From Nemertoderma westbladi (Eukaryota > Animalia > Xenacoelomorpha): DNA of 64,000 nucleotides. The stretch covers positions 12,912 to 76,911 of the forward strand of contig JAUCBJ010005785.1 in the NCBI GenBank assembly GCA_032718475.1, given 5' to 3'. The notes under the pieces were generated by a model. It had not been told where the DNA came from, ran no database searches, and was given only the letters and a program-made list of their open reading frames with translations. A program made the translations under genes and the position numbers. Of this stretch, positions 58,721 to 64,000 are shown piece after piece. How positions within the stretch are numbered: the first letter of the stretch is position 1; every line of letters begins with the position of its first letter.

Positions 58721-61700
58721 TGTAATTTTTGGAAGGAAATGGCGATCGAAATAATTTAATATTATGGGGTGTATTTTTCAGTGTTACCCAAAATTTAAGA
58801 TTACAATTTAAATTTTGTGTTTGTTTTTGTTTTTCCTGTTTGGGTAGCGAAAAAATATGGAGGGGACTGCGATTAGAACTCAGCTTATCATTCAGCAGCC
58901 AATTGAGCAATCGGTAGGCCTACGTACAGGGTACATGTCACTTACTGTATTATAGTATTTTATGGACCAACAAAAGGTCAACCACGAGTTCAAACTGTAA
59001 AACACAATTACTAAATAAATTACCATACTAAAGAATGAAATTAAATAAGGTAATTAAAGTTAAGGTAAATTAAGAGGTAAATAAAATTTGGAAAGATAGG
59101 AGATATTAATTTCAATAAAAATTACGCGATTCCTAAATTTGTACACTACCCGGTTAAAAAGTACGCATGTGATGGGATTAGTCCTACAATTGCGCCAATA
59201 AAAGATAAGTTATTTTCGGTAAAATAAACTTATCATTCGAGGTTAAGACCCCTAGATCCCTTCCTATAATAAAGGTAAATTAAAGTACATAATTAAATTA
59301 AATACATTAATTAAACACCAACACAACAGTTTTCCCAAATAATTTTTGACCTCATCAACTCTAGAAGTTTATGTTCAGAGTCCATGATATTTTAGGCTGA
59401 TAAATATTCTGAAATATTATTGTGGTGGGCTTTTATCTTTTTTATCTTACCTCTATATTTGTTTTCCTTAGCTACAGCACAGTGATATGTCACCAATTAC
59501 ACCGCAGTTATTGTTCAATCTTATAGTGTTTTGTTGGTAATGTACCGATAGAAAGTTGCGATCATGTTGCAGGGATAGCTGATATAAAAAAAAAAAGGAC
59601 GTTTGCGGGTTTCTAGTCCAATCACCCCAGATGAGTTTCATTAATGTTCTTAGAATCCATTTCTATAAAATTTATTGGCATAAACATTTAAACGTTAAGT
59701 GTACCGGTGTAGCAGAGAATTTTCCACCCCCCTAAAAATTGGAGAGGGGGGGGGGGGGGGGGGGAGGGGGGGCTGGACGCAAATCCCGTCTTGGCGAATT
59801 AATATCCCCGCATACATGTTAAATTCTCAATTTAGGGAAAGGAGCAGGTTACAGTGGCACGTTATTTTAACCAAAACAATAAACTAAACACAATAGAACA
59901 GGTTACAGTTTTATTTTTGAGAGTTATCAACTGCTATTCGCGTCGAATTTCCCCTGGAGAGGGATTAATTTTTATTGCGCCCAGTCCCCCCCCCCCCCCC
60001 CCCCCCCATATCTGTAAAATTCACACCCTGGTTATTCACCCCCCCCCCCCCCCCCCCCCCCCCCCGGTTAGAATTCACTAGGGTATTTTAACCGGGGGTG
60101 AATCTACTCTGGGTGATTTTTAGTGAAATTTAACCCCCCTCAGAGTATTCTTACCCCCATGATATTTTAAATTTAATATAATTTAAATTCGATATAAGCC
60201 TAGAGTTAAATAAGCGAACAGCGACGACCACAGATACCAATAGTACATAGACAAAGACACCACGGAGATTTGTATTTGTATAATAGTAAAGTACTGTAGA
60301 AGATACAAAAGTATACCAATACACCATATCAGTACACTAGGGAAATTTAACCGGGGATGGATTTGCACAACAGAGTGAAAATTGATAGGCCTAAATACAG
60401 GGGTGAGTGTACATGGATGGGGTTAAAATACACACGGGAGTGAGAATACACTATAATTAGGGAATTTTAACCGGGGAGTGATTTTGCATGGTGCATGGGG
60501 AGTGAAAATTATCTGTTACACCGGGGCAGAACTTTGCTGCGCTGGAATGACGGCTGGACTGCCGCAGCATCCTTAACCCACGGATTACTAGGGGGGGGGG
60601 GGGGGATTTTGAAATTTTTTTTTAAAAAAACCAGAAACAAAGTAATATTTGCATGCATAAGGACTATAACGTATGAAAACATGTTGAAAAGTGCAATAGG
60701 CATCATTTATCTGTTTATATTATAATAATAAGGAAGTTAAGGTTGAATTTTTTATTTTTCACTGAGAAATTTTGCAAACTTTCCGGTACCAGGGTACGGC
60801 TTTGGTGATACGAAAAGTAACTTTTTAACATCGTTATTAGAATCAACATACCCAAATACCCCGAAAAACACATTTTTTAAAATAAGTTTGACCACCATGG
60901 AACGTTTTGCCTACAGGAGGGATATGGCCAGCACTATACAGTATCTGCCAAGTTTCAGCTTAACGTATTATAACGAAATTGGATAAGGGTTACACGTTCA
61001 GATATTTCGACCTCTAGCGGCAAACTGTAGAAATGTAGTACTGTCCTACACAAAGAAAGGCCTACACAAATATATGCATTGACTTCTGCTGGATCTACAA
61101 TATAATTAGTAGGCCTACCAGGACTGGAAGAAACTGATAGCTGTTGGCAAAATAAAAATACGCTCGGAGCCTATAATTTATTACTCACTGCTACAATACT
61201 GTAATAAGTAATAGTGTACGTACAGTAGTATGTAGGCACGGTTTTAGTGGTTATATATATATCATAACTAAGGTGTACTAAATAACAGGTCATGCAGCAA
61301 GCGGATTGTTGAAATTATCGGAGGCCGGTCTTTTCCCTGTTATGGCACTATGTATTTTCATAATATTTCCTTATATGCTACTTTTGTTAGGTGGTTATGA
61401 GGAGTAGGGTTCATTCATAGAAATGTAATAAAATGTGTTTCCGGAATTGTTATATTGTTGTTGTCGTAAACGGGTGCAAAGTTCAAACTTTGCTCGCCTG
61501 TAATTAAAGACGACGAGGGTCCTGTTCATGAGATTTGGTATGTGAGTAAAGGGAATAACAGTCTATCAAAATATTCGATATAGTTATACCCATGGTGATG
61601 GTATAACGATAATATGTCATTATGACCGCCAGCTAGAAATGCCTGGGGCCCGTCCTTTGTTTCTAATAATTATTGGTAACCGATATTTAATATTCTGGAA

Positions 61701-62807
61701 TGTAAAAATAATGCTATCACAAGTCTTGCTCTCTGATTGGTCAGTTTGGTTTATTGGCACATATTTAGTTATTTACCCTCATAACTGTGATTCACAATAG
61801 ACGATTTATAAAATAAAACGTTGGCAAATTTAACTCATTATTTAAACTGACAAACCGAATAAAAATGGTGTTTTTTATTGAATTGGTAGAAAATTATTCA
61901 AATTTATCATTTTATTGTCTTTTACGCATTTTTGCCCTCTACCGGCAGACTAAAGAACTGCATAATGATAATCGTTCTTAGAAAGGAAGCCTCTGGTATA
62001 GTTGATATATAACGTCCTTCCAGTGTCAAAACTGCAACAGTTTGAACTTCAGAAACAAATTCTATAACATGAACTACCCAAACTATCGTTTTGAAAACAA
62101 CATATATCTCTGTACAACAGTAACCAACCATGTCGCTTCTGTTGGGGGCCAAAGATAAAAGTTGAATAGAATGAATATTCAACGACGGGGTATAAGAGTG
62201 GCAACCCCCATGCCTTAGAGGTAACTGCCAAGAGATAGGAGCCTTCGAGCTGCTCCTGCGTTACGCATTCCCCTAACTAACCCATTGTAAACAAAACTAT
62301 AACTTTGCAACCTTCTACAACATCACTTATTTATTATCATTCGTCCAAATCTAAAACATTATTATAAAACTCTTAGGCCTAACCAAGTAAATATATAAGT
62401 AAACTAACATACCAAAGATATATTATGTACGTACAGTCAGCAAATGAAATATATGCAAAACAAATATAATATTATATCAAAAGAAATGTTTGAAAACTAC
62501 AACAAAATATGCAGAGGAGATGAGATGATATGTATTTTGGTTTAGGGTGAGATGATTATGATGTGGGACGAGTTATAATAACTGTGGCCATTTAGTGTGT
62601 GTGGGTCGGAAGCCAACATAGAACTAGCCGCAGAATAACGATAAACTTTCCGCTGACATTGGCTTACAGTTCTTTATAATGTCCTTTCAAATGCTAAATA
62701 AATATATACCGTTTGAACCCATCTAATGATAATTGACACTTCTTGACTTTTTTTTACAAATCGTATAATATCGTCTAGGGAATATGAAACAGTTAGTATT
62801 TGGTTGA

Positions 62808-63048
62808 GTAACGATCGCACCGTAACGATCGCACCGTAACGATCGCACCGTAACGATCGCCCCGTAACGATCGCCCCGTAACGATCGCACCGCAACGATC
62901 GCACCGTAACGATCGCACCGTAACGATCGCACCGTAACGATCGCACCGTAACGATCGCACCGTAACGATCGCACCGTAACGATCGCACCGTAACGATCGC
63001 ACCGTAACGATCGCACCGTAACGATCGCACCGTAACGATCGCACCGTA
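62808..63048. repeat. 14-bp CpG-rich minisatellite, about 17 copies
   Basis: (GTAACGATCGCACC)n. Confidence 0.97.
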
Positions 63049-63297
63049 GCTATTCACTAATTCCTAGCCTTTATCGCTATCGTCCCTATATCCTCGGCCT
63101 CGGTATAGAGTGTTGGTTGTGCTCTAAATTAACTTTTTGATAAGATATTAGCCTATTATTATTTATTATGTTAAACATTGTCACTATTGATTATGAAAGA
63201 TTTTACAATATATCGTCCCCCCGGTGAACAAAAAACTGAAATGTGTAAAAACAGAACAGAATGATACGAAAATGTGAAAATAATATCTACCAGATCA

Positions 63298-63662
63298 TAG
63301 GGAGCCCCTAAAGGGACATGAAATTATCTGCTAACTCGTGCGAACTAACTCAATATACTTCGATTGGCTAAAATATTTAGAAAATCTGGTAATAAAATAT
63401 ACAATCAACGATGGCTGAACGCGTTCTGTTGATATCGGCGTACATCAATTTAGTAACGCAGTTGGCCACTGCTACTGTATCATCTAACAGAAATCATTTT
63501 ATTACAACTCGTCATACAAGACGTCATATTTAGCCACTCCGATAAGAATAGTAAGTAAGTAAGTAATTTTTTTTGCTAAGTCGTGCGAAGTCGAATTACT
63601 TACTAAGTCGTTCGCACGAAAAAGGTTTATTTTTGTTTTATGTCCCTTTTAGTGGTTCCGTA
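63298..63662. mobile_element. MITE with imperfect TIRs
   Basis: TAGGGAGCCCCTAAAGGGACAT ... ATGTCCCTTTTAGTGGTTCCGTA, with internal TCGTGCGAAC/GTTCGCACGA. Confidence 0.6.
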
Positions 63663-63720
63663 AGATAAAAACAAAAAAATAAACTATATTGAATTTTACG
63701 GTTAAATTCTCGAGACTTTT

Positions 63721-64000
63721 CTAAAAGTGAGCGAGATGCATTTCCGCGGTTTCCTGTAGAAATTCAATATGATTAGCATATAGAGCCATGGAACCCGCTA
63801 TATCCTTCCATCGTACAGCCTTGGCGTCGTCTCCGGCCTCCAGCGGTATCTTACCGAGACTGTTACCCTCGTCGTCATGGAAGTTAACCGCTACAGTTTC
63901 CATCCACGCGTTGTCGGTATTCCTCGGATCGTCAACATACCCTTTGTATACCTCAACTCCTTTACTAAAAGCTTCTCTAACCAAATCCTGTAACTTATTG
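63721..64000 (-). CDS. NUDT9: ADP-ribose pyrophosphatase NUDT9, C-terminal part (continues beyond the window)
   Basis: VYKGYVDDPRNTDNAWMETVAVNFHD..LEAGDDA..W..LYANH. A TRPM2 NUDT9-H domain cannot be fully excluded. Confidence 0.85.
   Translation of the reverse strand, partial: NKLQDLVREAFSKGVEVYKGYVDDPRNTDNAWMETVAVNFHDDEGNSLGKIPLEAGDDAKAVRWKDIAGSMALYANHIEFLQETAEMHLAHF

Overview
AT-rich metazoan (bilaterian-invertebrate-like) genomic DNA. The main structure, which the ORF track does not show, is an 8-exon ZZEF1 orthologue on the + strand (31025-56359, about 1490 aa reconstructed in phase). One of its introns holds a complete intronless antisense GNPTAB gene. The next intron opens with about 200 tandem copies of its own 5' splice site. 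The N-terminal half of ZZEF1 is not in the window. Either the gene is truncated or split, or the intronless Prospero/Prox gene, the Tob gene and a small Cys-rich membrane-protein gene upstream all sit in one intron of more than 31 kb. The 3' end of NUDT9 closes the window. Between genes are minisatellites (69, 30, 31, 44, 45, 14 and 5 bp units), many decayed RTE-type LINE pieces (one with a tRNA-like head and a self-insertion flanked by a ~54-bp duplication), and several MITE-like foldback elements. Gene identities come from motifs I recognised and from recalled human sequences; no database search was run.
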